A stretch of DNA of 26,499 bases, from positions 1-26,499 of IMG/VR virus record IMGVR_UViG_3300043414_000021; one strand, written 5' to 3'. Position numbers and translations under genes: made by a program. The notes beneath the pieces are model-generated. The model saw only the letters and a list, made by a program, of their open reading frames with translations. It did not search any database and had not been told where the DNA came from. The DNA is from a virus. Lineage: Duplodnaviria > Caudoviricetes. Within the stretch, counting starts at the first letter, position 1, and every line of letters starts with the position of its first letter. Of the stretch, positions 16,735 to 25,151 are shown in pieces.

Positions 16735-17836
16735 TCACAGTTCCAAGCAGCACAATTTTATGGAGGCTGTAGCCCACAGCCCCAGTTTTGCCAAGAAAGC
16801 TGGCGTCCCTCAGTCCGTGGGCAAGGACTTCTCAGCGGCTGACAAGGGTCGCAAGTTTTCAAAAGGTGGTGATATGACTGAGTCAAAGAAAATGGTTGGT
16901 AAAGAAGTGGCTTTCATGAAGAAGAAAGGTGCTCCAGCCGCCATGATCAAACATGAAAAGTCTGAGATGATGGGTATGAAGAAGGGCGGTAAAGTACGCC
17001 GGTATGGTGCTGGCGGCGGTCCTCTTGGTGATGAGTCAATCATGACCGATGAGGAATACGCAAAGCAAAAAGAACAAGGCGCAAAGAACTTGAAAAGCTT
17101 GAAAAACTTTTTTGGTTTTGGGGAAAAAGAACCTGCGCCTATTGACCGCTCGCGTGATATTGACCGAACAACCAAATCAAATGAAGGGGCTGTTTACACG
17201 CCGCGCCCTCCGCTTGGCATTACTAAAAACCAATCGCCCCGTACATCTTCAGGCGCTAGTGCAGAAGAAGACGCAGTAGAACGTTCAGATGCCGCCTCAA
17301 TGGACAACACTGCAAAAGGTCCTCAGTTCATAAGTTCTATTGCAAAAGACGAAGGCAAGTACAGCGGACCGTCGTTTAAACAAGAACTCAAACAGGAACC
17401 TCGCGTTTCTCGTCCGCGCAACCCAATTGGCGTAGAAAAAACTCAAACAAAAGAACGAGTCATTACTGCTCCGGTTAAACCTTCCGCAAAAGACGTTTCA
17501 AAGTTTAGCTCTGATTCTCCAGATCTAGAAAGCCGAATGGAAGCAATGAAACCCAAGCGCAAGTTTGGAATGGCTTCTGATGAAACCCGCGCAGCAATTC
17601 GCAAAGGACTGGGTAGTGCCTTTGATTTCTTTGACTTAAGCAAAGCTCACGAAAGAGAGTTTGGCAAAAAAATGGCTAAAGGTGGTAATGTTGATGGTAT
17701 TGCCAAGAAAGGCAAGACAGAAGGCAAAGTGGTTAAAATGGCTTCTGGCGGGTTTGTAAAAACCGCTGATGGTTGCGCTCAACGCGGCAAAACCAAAGCA
17801 TTCCAAGTCAAGATGAACCGTGGCGGGATGTGTTAA
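16727..17836 (+). CDS. Lys-rich low-complexity protein with repeated [MFY]xxGG motifs (possible internal virion polyprotein)
   Basis: Starts MPSHSSKQHNFMEAVAH (ATG 16727 overlaps the upstream gene); contains FSKGG, MKKGG, YGAGG, MAKGG, MASGG and MNRGG. Confidence 0.75.
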   Translation: MPSHSSKQHNFMEAVAHSPSFAKKAGVPQSVGKDFSAADKGRKFSKGGDMTESKKMVGKEVAFMKKKGAPAAMIKHEKSEMMGMKKGGKVRRYGAGGGPLGDESIMTDEEYAKQKEQGAKNLKSLKNFFGFGEKEPAPIDRSRDIDRTTKSNEGAVYTPRPPLGITKNQSPRTSSGASAEEDAVERSDAASMDNTAKGPQFISSIAKDEGKYSGPSFKQELKQEPRVSRPRNPIGVEKTQTKERVITAPVKPSAKDVSKFSSDSPDLESRMEAMKPKRKFGMASDETRAAIRKGLGSAFDFFDLSKAHEREFGKKMAKGGNVDGIAKKGKTEGKVVKMASGGFVKTADGCAQRGKTKAFQVKMNRGGMC

Positions 17837-17839
17837 ACC

Positions 17840-18079
17840 ATGCGCCCTTCTCGCGGGATGGGGGCAATCAACCCCTCTAAGATGCCGGGGGTTGTCAAAC
17901 AAAAAGACAACCCAGTTGATATGTACGCTGATGGCGGACCCGTTGGCCTTTACGCCAACATCCATGCAAAGCAAGAGCGTATTTCCAAGGGTTCCGGGGA
18001 GAAGATGAGAAAGCCCGGAAGCAAAGGCGCTCCCACTGCTGAAGCATTTAAACAGTCAGCAAAGACAGCTAAGAAATGA
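17840..18079 (+). CDS. Small basic protein
   Basis: MRPSRGMGAINPSK..YADGG..GLYANIHAK..GSGEKMRKPGSKGAPT; ATGA overlap with the next gene. Confidence 0.75.
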   Translation: MRPSRGMGAINPSKMPGVVKQKDNPVDMYADGGPVGLYANIHAKQERISKGSGEKMRKPGSKGAPTAEAFKQSAKTAKK

Positions 18080-18990
18080 GCACCTCCGGCACCGCTTCGT
18101 TTAACCTGACGTTCAATGAGATAGCCGAAGAGTGCTATGAGCGTTGCGGTGTTGAGATGCGTAGCGGGTATCAGCTTCGTACTGCTCGCCGTTCTATGAA
18201 TCTAATGACCATAGAATGGGCAAACAGGGGCATCAATCTGTGGACAATTGAACAGGGGGAGATTCCTCTTGTACAAGGTCAAGTTGCCTACCCTCTGCCA
18301 GCTAATACAATTGATTTGCTTGACCAAGTAATCAGGCAGAATCAAGCAACTACTAACCAGCAAGATATCAACATTACGCGGATATCGGAATCAACCTACT
18401 CCACAATTCCAAACAAGCTTGCCCAAGGTAGACCTATTCAAGTTTGGATTAACAGGCAAACAAACTCTAGCTATGCAACTTCAATAACCCTTTCTACCTC
18501 AATCAACGCAACTGATACGTCCATTACAGTTAGTGATGCATCAAGCCTTGGAGGAGCTGGTTACATTCAGATTGATAGCGAACAGATTTACTTTACAAGT
18601 GTATTGGGTAACGTCCTGCAATTGTGTAACCGTGGACAGAACGGAACGACCGCAGCAAGCCATACCGCTGGCGCGGCAATCTCTGTAGTTAACAGCACTA
18701 CAATCAATATCTGGCCTACTGCAAATGCTGGTGGGTCTTATACCTTTGTTTACTGGCGCATGAGGAGAATTCAAGATGCCGGTTCAGGAACAAAGACCGA
18801 AGACATCCCGTTTAGATTCCTTCCTTGCCTCATTGCTGGCTTGTCTTATTACTTGGCAATCAAGATTCCGGAAGCAGCAGACAGAGTTGCAATGCTCAAA
18901 AGCCAATATGATGAGCAATGGCAACTTGCAGCAGATGAAGACCGTGAAAAGGCTTCCTTGCGCTTGGCTCCCAGACAAATGTTCTTCTAA
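18076..18990 (+). CDS. Head-tail adaptor / tail tubular protein (putative)
   Basis: EIAEECYERCG...RTARRSMNLM..EWANRGINLW, GRP.Q.W, IWP and C-terminal helical PFRFLPCL.AGLSYYLA.K pattern typical of podovirus adaptors. Confidence 0.65.
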   Translation: MSTSGTASFNLTFNEIAEECYERCGVEMRSGYQLRTARRSMNLMTIEWANRGINLWTIEQGEIPLVQGQVAYPLPANTIDLLDQVIRQNQATTNQQDINITRISESTYSTIPNKLAQGRPIQVWINRQTNSSYATSITLSTSINATDTSITVSDASSLGGAGYIQIDSEQIYFTSVLGNVLQLCNRGQNGTTAASHTAGAAISVVNSTTINIWPTANAGGSYTFVYWRMRRIQDAGSGTKTEDIPFRFLPCLIAGLSYYLAIKIPEAADRVAMLKSQYDEQWQLAADEDREKASLRLAPRQMFF

Positions 18991-19406
18991 TGGCAAATAA
19001 GTTTGCATCTGGCAAGTTCTCAATTGCTGAATGCGACCGATGTGGTCAGCGTTACAAACTGAGTCAACTAAAGAAAGAGGTCATCAAGACAAAACTTTTC
19101 CAGATTAAAGTTTGTCCTGAGTGTTGGGACCCTGACCAACCGCAGTTGTCATTAGGGCTTTATCCAGTTTATGACCCGCAAGCAGTCAGAGAACCAAGAC
19201 CAGATGTAAGCTACTATCAGTCTGGAAACAGTGGGATAGTAACTAACAATACAAGCGGTACGGCTTTTAACCAGAACGGTTATCCAGAAGAAGGTAGCAG
19301 GGTTTTTGAATGGGGGTGGAACCCAGTTGGAGGCTCTCAAGGATTTGATAGTGTTTTGACGCCAAATGCTTTGATATTAGACTTTACACTTGGTAACGTA
19401 ACTTAG
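18990..19406 (+). CDS. Zn-ribbon protein
   Basis: CDRCG and VCPECWD.DQPQL motifs. Confidence 0.8.
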   Translation: MANKFASGKFSIAECDRCGQRYKLSQLKKEVIKTKLFQIKVCPECWDPDQPQLSLGLYPVYDPQAVREPRPDVSYYQSGNSGIVTNNTSGTAFNQNGYPEEGSRVFEWGWNPVGGSQGFDSVLTPNALILDFTLGNVT

Positions 19407-19414
19407 GAATTAAG

Positions 19415-19573
19415 ATGAATCGCAAAGAAGTTAAAGGCATTGCTGATGCTGAAGCCACGAAAGTGGTTAAAGGGCATGAGAAAAAAATGCATGGCATGAA
19501 GAAAGGTGGGCCTACCAGCCTTGACCGCAAGAAGTACGGGAAGAACATGTCCCGCGCAATGAATCAGAGGTAA
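19415..19573 (+). CDS. Small basic protein (52 aa, absent from the ORF track)
   Basis: AGGA RBS; translates as MNRKEVKGIADAEATKVVKGHEKKMHGMKKGGPTSLDRKKYGKNMSRAMNQR and fills the gap. Confidence 0.75.
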   Translation: MNRKEVKGIADAEATKVVKGHEKKMHGMKKGGPTSLDRKKYGKNMSRAMNQR

Positions 19574-19575
19574 AT

Positions 19576-19833
19576 ATGTTTACTATGAAAAAACAAGGCA
19601 AAGAGATTGGCCCTGCTAGTGTCTATGCCAAACCTCATACCGGATCAAGCCCAACGGTTGATTTGAGCAACTTTGGTTATGGCTCCAAAAAGGGAGATCA
19701 GCTAGACGACTTATGTGTGTCTGTGTCTTCTATTTCTAGTAAGCCATGCGCAGAGCCAAAAACCACTGGCGTTAAAACCCGTGGTAATGGTTGCGCGACT
19801 AAAGGCACAATGGCTAGGGGTCCAATGGCATGA
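19576..19833 (+). CDS. Small basic protein
   Basis: GAGG RBS; C-terminal KTRGNGCATKGTMARGPMA. Confidence 0.75.
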   Translation: MFTMKKQGKEIGPASVYAKPHTGSSPTVDLSNFGYGSKKGDQLDDLCVSVSSISSKPCAEPKTTGVKTRGNGCATKGTMARGPMA

Positions 19834-20492
19834 CCTACACCGAACTGGTTGCGGCGATTCAGAACTACTCAGAGAATAGCTTTGACTATTCAACGACGCC
19901 TAGCATCCTCAATCGGTTCATTGAGCAAGCTGAACAGACAATCTATAACGCTGTTCAGTTACCGGCCCTTCGTAAGAATGTTACGGGCACAGCTACGCCA
20001 TCAAACCCATATTTGGCGTGCCCAGATGATTGGCTTGCCACATATTCAATGGCTGTTGTTGACGGAACAGGCGCGTATACATATCTTTTAAACAAAGATA
20101 CAAGCTTTATGCAATCTGCGTATCCAAATCCAAGTGATACCGGATTGCCTTTGTACTATGCTTTGTTTGGACCAAGAACAAACGCGCAAAGTGAACTAAC
20201 ATTTTTGCTTGCGCCAACGCCTAATGCCGTCTACACGATGGTATTGAATTATTTCTATTACCCGCCTTCAATCGTTACCGCTGGCAATACATGGCTTGGC
20301 GATAACTTTGACATTGCATTGCTTAACTATTCTTTAATGGAAGCAATAACTTATATGAAAGGCGAACAGGATATGGTCGCTTTGTATAAGTCACGTGCAG
20401 AAGCTGCAATGGTTCTGTTGAAACAACTGGGTGATGCTAAAGAGAAGGGTGACTCGTTCCGCAACCCGCCGCCTAAGTACAAGGTCATATGA
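19830..20492 (+). CDS. Head-tail adaptor-like protein
   Basis: MTYTELVAAIQNY.E...FIEQAE..I, G.P.YYA, APTP and TWL....LL..SL.EA..YMK pattern. Confidence 0.65.
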   Translation: MTYTELVAAIQNYSENSFDYSTTPSILNRFIEQAEQTIYNAVQLPALRKNVTGTATPSNPYLACPDDWLATYSMAVVDGTGAYTYLLNKDTSFMQSAYPNPSDTGLPLYYALFGPRTNAQSELTFLLAPTPNAVYTMVLNYFYYPPSIVTAGNTWLGDNFDIALLNYSLMEAITYMKGEQDMVALYKSRAEAAMVLLKQLGDAKEKGDSFRNPPPKYKVI

Positions 20493-20905
20493 TTACTCAG
20501 ACGGTCACCACATCGTTTAAATATGACTGCTACACGGCGCAGCAGAACCTATCAACGGACACGTTGAAGATGGCGCTGTACACGGCGTCAGCAGATTTAA
20601 ACGCTGCAACAACAGCATATACGTCTAGCAATGAAGTAACTGGTGGTAACTATACAGCCGGTGGTCTGGTACTTACAAATGTAACCGTGACCACCTCTGG
20701 TACAACTGTGTACCTTAGTTTTTCTAACCCCTCGTGGCCGAACGCTTCGTTTACATGCAGGGGAGCTTTGATTTATAACTTAACAAAAAGCAATAAGTCT
20801 ATTGCGGTGTTGAACTTTGGCTCTGATAAAGTTGCAACGCCCGCAACTCCGTTTGTTGTAGTTTTACCGGCAAACACAGCCGCTACAGCACTAATTCGTT
20901 CTTAA
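20489..20905 (+). CDS. Tail-associated structural protein (paralogue 1)
   Basis: DTLKMALY...LNAATTAYT..NEV.G.NYTAGG motif. Confidence 0.75.
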   Translation: MITQTVTTSFKYDCYTAQQNLSTDTLKMALYTASADLNAATTAYTSSNEVTGGNYTAGGLVLTNVTVTTSGTTVYLSFSNPSWPNASFTCRGALIYNLTKSNKSIAVLNFGSDKVATPATPFVVVLPANTAATALIRS

Positions 20906-20914
20906 AGGAAACCA

Positions 20915-21106
20915 ATGTTAGTTAACACTATTCACGGCGAAATGGACGATTCCCTTTTGGTCAAAAAAGAGGGTTCGCTGGATAATGACATTGAGCTTAC
21001 AACTTGGGTTGAGTATTGGCTCAATGATGAGTTGGTTCATCGTTCTGCTCATGTTAGATTAAAAACCTCTCCCCCTCTGTTTGCTGAAGCAGCAGAAATT
21101 GCATAA
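20915..21106 (+). CDS. Small hypothetical protein
   Basis: 63 aa; AAGGA RBS; WVEYWL..ELVHRS.HV.LK. Confidence 0.75.
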   Translation: MLVNTIHGEMDDSLLVKKEGSLDNDIELTTWVEYWLNDELVHRSAHVRLKTSPPLFAEAAEIA

Positions 21107-21115
21107 AGGCATATC

Positions 21116-21607
21116 ATGGCAAATACTCAATCAATGTGTACTTCGTTCCTTGGGGAACTGATGCTTGGTCAGCATCAACTTGGAACGTCAACTATTGTTT
21201 CCCGGTCAAGCCTGACTTCACCAACGACTGACACGGTTAAAGCTGCGCTTTATCTTGCTTCGGCCACAATCAACGCGGCAACAACTGCGTATACGGTTAC
21301 TGGAGAGGTAACAGGTACTAACTACACCGCTGGTGGTGTAACGGTAACGAACGCAACGGCACCAACGTCTGCTAACAGTTCAGCTACTGCTGGCGTGGGG
21401 TATTGGACGCCCTCTGCTTCAATTACTTATACAACTGTCACGCTTTCGACGGCGTTTGATACTGTATTGCTCTACAACTCAACGCAGAGTAACAAGGCAA
21501 TTAGCGTCCACACTTTTGGTTCACAGACTATTACTGCTGGAACTTTTACTTTAACGATGCCGTCTAACACGACCACGACTGCTTTGATTCGTTTAGCCAC
21601 CACCTAA
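21116..21607 (+). CDS. Tail-associated structural protein (paralogue 2)
   Basis: DTVKAALY...INAATTAYT..GEVTG.NYTAGG; clearly homologous to 20489-20905. Confidence 0.78.
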   Translation: MANTQSMCTSFLGELMLGQHQLGTSTIVSRSSLTSPTTDTVKAALYLASATINAATTAYTVTGEVTGTNYTAGGVTVTNATAPTSANSSATAGVGYWTPSASITYTTVTLSTAFDTVLLYNSTQSNKAISVHTFGSQTITAGTFTLTMPSNTTTTALIRLATT

Positions 21608-21608
21608 C

Positions 21609-22928
21609 ATGGCGGGTTGGGGCGTTGGTGCTTGGGGGTACGGCACTTGGGGTAACGGTGAAACCATCCTTACTGGGGATGACGCAACCGGAATCCCCGG
21701 CTCAGTCACGTCTAGCAGAACAAAAGCCCTTACTGGTGTATCAGCATCAGGTTTATTAGGGACCGAAACCCCGAATATAACAAAAGCTCTTACTGGTGTA
21801 TCGGCTTCAGGTTTATTAGGGGTTGAAACTCCTAACAGTACTGTAGCGATTACTGGTGTATCTGCCGCAGGTTTGCTAGGAACTGAAACCCCTAACAACA
21901 CCATAACCCTTGCTGGCGTATTGGCGTCGGGGTCAGTTGGTACAGTTTCTAGAGGGGCTACCTCTCTTTCGATTACTGGTGTATCGGCTTCTGGTGCAGT
22001 TGGAACGGTTACTAGAGGGGCTACATCTCTTGCTCTGACAGGTGTATCTGCCGCAGGTTTGTTGGGAACTGAAACTCCTAACAACATCATAGCTATTACT
22101 GGTGTATCGGCTTCTGGAGCGGTTGGCACAGTTTCCAGAGGAGCCACATCCCTTGCCCTAACAGGTGTCACTGCATCGGGTTTGTTAGGAACCGAAGTTC
22201 CCAACAACATTAGATCTATTACTGGAGTATTGGCTTCTGGAGCGGTTGGTACAGTCACTCAATCTAAATCAGTTGCTCTCACCGGGACAGCAGCATCAGG
22301 TTTATTAGGGGCCGAAACTCCCAACAACACCAAAGCTATTACTGGTGTGTCTGCGTCTGGTGCAGTTGGCGCCGTCACTCAATCTAAATCAGCAAACCTT
22401 ACGGGCGTATTTGCTTCTGGCGTTGTTGGAACAGTAACGCATAGTAAATCTGTTTCTTTGACTGGCGTATCCGCAACAGGTGCGTCAGGTAGTTTTGTTG
22501 TACCGTTTTCAGGAGTAGAGGCTCAAGGATTTGTTCAATCTGTTGAATCTTTTACAGGTATTGCGCTTAACTCAGCGTCGGCAACAGGGGCTGTTGGAAC
22601 AGTAGTTAAGGATGTTTCTGTCGCTCTGTCTGGTGCTGCCTCAACTGGAGATGTAGGTTCTGTTGCTTTTGGGCCTAGAAGTTTCGCCCTTACAGGAAAC
22701 TACGCTCAAGCTGATGTTGGGGTTGTAATAGCAGTTTATTGGAAATTGATTGATGATATGCAATCTCCTAATTGGCAAAATGTGACTAACAGCCAAACAC
22801 CCGGATGGACGAATATTTCTGCAAGTAATGTTCCAAACTGGCAAAATGTAACTAACACCCAAACACCTGTTTGGACGGATATTTCAGATACACAAACGCC
22901 CAATTGGGCTGACGTAGCTACTGTTTAA
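21609..22928 (+). CDS. Repeat-rich fibre/spike protein
   Basis: N-terminal GWG.G.WG repeats; about 12 good 20-21 aa repeats (TGVSASG..G); five C-terminal 11-aa P.W repeats. Confidence 0.8.
   Translation: MAGWGVGAWGYGTWGNGETILTGDDATGIPGSVTSSRTKALTGVSASGLLGTETPNITKALTGVSASGLLGVETPNSTVAITGVSAAGLLGTETPNNTITLAGVLASGSVGTVSRGATSLSITGVSASGAVGTVTRGATSLALTGVSAAGLLGTETPNNIIAITGVSASGAVGTVSRGATSLALTGVTASGLLGTEVPNNIRSITGVLASGAVGTVTQSKSVALTGTAASGLLGAETPNNTKAITGVSASGAVGAVTQSKSANLTGVFASGVVGTVTHSKSVSLTGVSATGASGSFVVPFSGVEAQGFVQSVESFTGIALNSASATGAVGTVVKDVSVALSGAASTGDVGSVAFGPRSFALTGNYAQADVGVVIAVYWKLIDDMQSPNWQNVTNSQTPGWTNISASNVPNWQNVTNTQTPVWTDISDTQTPNWADVATV
21726..22490 (+). repeat. Coding tandem repeat of 60/63-bp units
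   Basis: Repeated ACTGGTGTATC..C.TC.GG cores at 60-63 bp spacing. Confidence 0.9.
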
Positions 22929-22937
22929 AGGACTGAC

Positions 22938-24398
22938 ATGGCATCTTCTTATACCTCCTCCTTGGGTCTTGTGCTTCCTGTTCAAGGCGAGCTGTCAGGT
23001 ACATGGGGCGATACGGTCAATAACTACCTAACAACTTATGTTGACACGGCTGTTGCTGGGCAATTAGCAATTTCATTGACTGCGAATGTAACGCTTACCA
23101 AGTCCACAGGAACAAGCCTTGGGTCTACGTCATCCCAGTACGCAATCTTAAATGTAACTCCTAGTGCGAGTACATGGACGATCACGGCCCCGGCGGCAAG
23201 CAAGACGTACTACATCAACAACTTGTCGAGTTCTTTTACCTTCACGTTTAAAGCGTCTGGGCAAACGGGCTTTGTGGTTGCTGCTGCTGAAAAATGCGTT
23301 GTTGCTTACAACGGGACTGACTTTGTTCGGGTAAGCAGTACGTCTGTTTTTGGTTCGCCAAGCACAGCGATGACGCTGGATACCTCCGGCAACCTTGGTA
23401 TTGGGGTTACGCCGAGTGCTTGGAGCCAAGGCAAGGCGATGGAACTCCTCAACCCCGGCTACGGGATTTGGAATGGCTCTGGTAGCCCAGCAAGTATGTA
23501 TATGCTTGCCAATGCTTATTACAACAGCGGGTTTAAATACGGTGGCACTGGGCAGGCAAGCCACTACTATCAGTATCAAGGCCAACACATTTGGTCTACA
23601 GCAACTTCCGGCACAGCAGGAAACGCAATCACCTTCACACAGGCGATGACGCTGGATTCTTCCGGCAACCTTGGTATTGGGACAAGTTCGCCAACAACTA
23701 AGTTGGATGTTAGTTCTTCAGGCACAACTACACTTCGCGTAAACCGTCTTGGCGTAGCAGATGTGTACTTAACTGCTGGGGCTAATAGCATTTATGGACT
23801 GGATACAGCGTCAACCAATTTGGGGTTTGGTGTAAACAACAGCCTAAAGATGACCCTCGACTCCTCCGGCAACCTGCTGGTGGGGACTACTGTTGCATAC
23901 GCTAAAACCGTATCAATATCCTCAGACGGGGTTTTGGCAGGTGTTATTGGTATAAATGATTTTTCAGGCGTTGGTTGCGTAGATTCGTGGAATCGAGCAA
24001 CATCTGGTAATAATACTTTTTCAGTCTTTGGCACAGAAACAAGTTTTACTACTCGTGGCTCTATTACTTATAACCGCGCAGGCGGTTTAGTTGTTTACAA
24101 CACAACTTCTGATTACCGCGCTAAAGACATCATTGGTCCTGTACAAGATTCAGGAGCAACAATTGATGCACTGAAGGTTTACGAAGGCCAGATGAAGGAC
24201 GCTACACAAAGCCGTCCAATGTTGATTGCTCATGAAGCCCAAGCGGTAACCCCTTACGCTGTAACAGGCGAGAAAGATGCCGTAAAAGAAGACGGCACAC
24301 CCGATTATCAGCAAATGGATGTGTCATCTTTGGTTCCTTTACTTATTGCTGAAGTTCAATCTCTTCGTATCCGTATCTCTCAACTGGAGGCCAAATAA
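22938..24398 (+). CDS. Tail fibre with C-terminal intramolecular chaperone (peptidase S74)
   Basis: N-terminal S.LGL.LP..GE..GTWG..VN; three MTLD.SGNL.[IV]G repeats; autocleavage motif TSDYRAKD, then IAHEAQ.V.P.AV and a terminal coiled coil. Confidence 0.88.
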   Translation: MASSYTSSLGLVLPVQGELSGTWGDTVNNYLTTYVDTAVAGQLAISLTANVTLTKSTGTSLGSTSSQYAILNVTPSASTWTITAPAASKTYYINNLSSSFTFTFKASGQTGFVVAAAEKCVVAYNGTDFVRVSSTSVFGSPSTAMTLDTSGNLGIGVTPSAWSQGKAMELLNPGYGIWNGSGSPASMYMLANAYYNSGFKYGGTGQASHYYQYQGQHIWSTATSGTAGNAITFTQAMTLDSSGNLGIGTSSPTTKLDVSSSGTTTLRVNRLGVADVYLTAGANSIYGLDTASTNLGFGVNNSLKMTLDSSGNLLVGTTVAYAKTVSISSDGVLAGVIGINDFSGVGCVDSWNRATSGNNTFSVFGTETSFTTRGSITYNRAGGLVVYNTTSDYRAKDIIGPVQDSGATIDALKVYEGQMKDATQSRPMLIAHEAQAVTPYAVTGEKDAVKEDGTPDYQQMDVSSLVPLLIAEVQSLRIRISQLEAK

Positions 24399-24721
24399 TG
24401 GCAACTGTATTTAACTGGCAAATCGAGCAACTCAACTGCTACCCACAGGCTGACAATCAGACGGATGTAGTGTTCACCGTTCACTGGCGCTTAACTGGCA
24501 CAGACGGAACTTACTCTGGCACGGTCTACTCGACCTGTGGAGTAACATACGAAGCCGGTACGCCGTACACCCCGTATGCCGACCTGACTCAAGACATTGT
24601 TCTTGGTTGGATTTGGGCAAACGGTGTAGACCAAGCATCTGCCGAAGCCGCTGTGCAAGCGCAGATTGACAATCAAATCACGCCGCCCGTAATCAGCCCA
24701 AAACTTCCTTGGAATAACTAA
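24398..24721 (+). CDS. Tail fibre-associated hypothetical protein
   Basis: W.I..L.C......VV..VHW, PYADLT...VLGW and LPW motifs; GGAGG RBS. Confidence 0.78.
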   Translation: MATVFNWQIEQLNCYPQADNQTDVVFTVHWRLTGTDGTYSGTVYSTCGVTYEAGTPYTPYADLTQDIVLGWIWANGVDQASAEAAVQAQIDNQITPPVISPKLPWNN

Positions 24722-24870
24722 TGGACAACATCACTCTCACCCTGACCTTGGCGCAAGTTAACATTGTTATGGCTGCTCTTGGCAAAGCCCCGTATGAAGC
24801 GGTTGCTGATGTCGTTCAGTCAATCCGCGAACAGGCAATCCCGCAGGTTCCTAAAGAACCGCAGACCTGA
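24721..24870 (+). CDS. Small hypothetical protein (49 aa, absent from the ORF track)
   Basis: TAATG coupling; MDNITLTLTLAQVNIVMAALGKAPYEAVADVVQSIREQAIPQVPKEPQT. Confidence 0.72.
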   Translation: MDNITLTLTLAQVNIVMAALGKAPYEAVADVVQSIREQAIPQVPKEPQT

Positions 24871-24944
24871 AGAAGTAACTTTCTTGTCTTACGCCCTCGG
24901 TAAAATGTTGGCGGGCATCTGCCCATCAAACCCCGGAGAATCTT

Positions 24945-25151
24945 ATGAAAGACCAAATCATTGAAATTCTTGAAGGCTCTGAGCCTATTGATGCGCTGAA
25001 CGTTCTGTTCTCCGCTATCTACGCAGTTGCTTCGGCAAACGGTGTAAGCGAGTTCACGTTAAGCAGCCTTTTCTCTTCTAACATCGAAGCTCAATTTGAG
25101 ATTGACGCTGAGAAAGAAGAAGAAGAAGAAGACGAGCAAACTGACGACTAA
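24945..25151 (+). CDS. Small, very acidic protein
   Basis: GGAG RBS; 68 aa with 19 D/E and 2 K. Confidence 0.72.
   Translation: MKDQIIEILEGSEPIDALNVLFSAIYAVASANGVSEFTLSSLFSSNIEAQFEIDAEKEEEEEDEQTDD

Noticed and set aside
21593-22258. 221-aa minus-strand ORF and the other antisense/alternate-frame ORFs in the track
   Set aside because: They shadow well-supported + strand genes; repeats and codon bias explain the lack of stops.
21726-22490. Regular ~60-bp repeats resembling a CRISPR array
   Set aside because: Units are in-frame coding repeats with synonymous variation and no unique spacers; no cas genes.
24764-24964. 66-aa ORF from the track
   Set aside because: The alternative frame 24721-24870 has an ATG coupled to the upstream stop and a more protein-like sequence.
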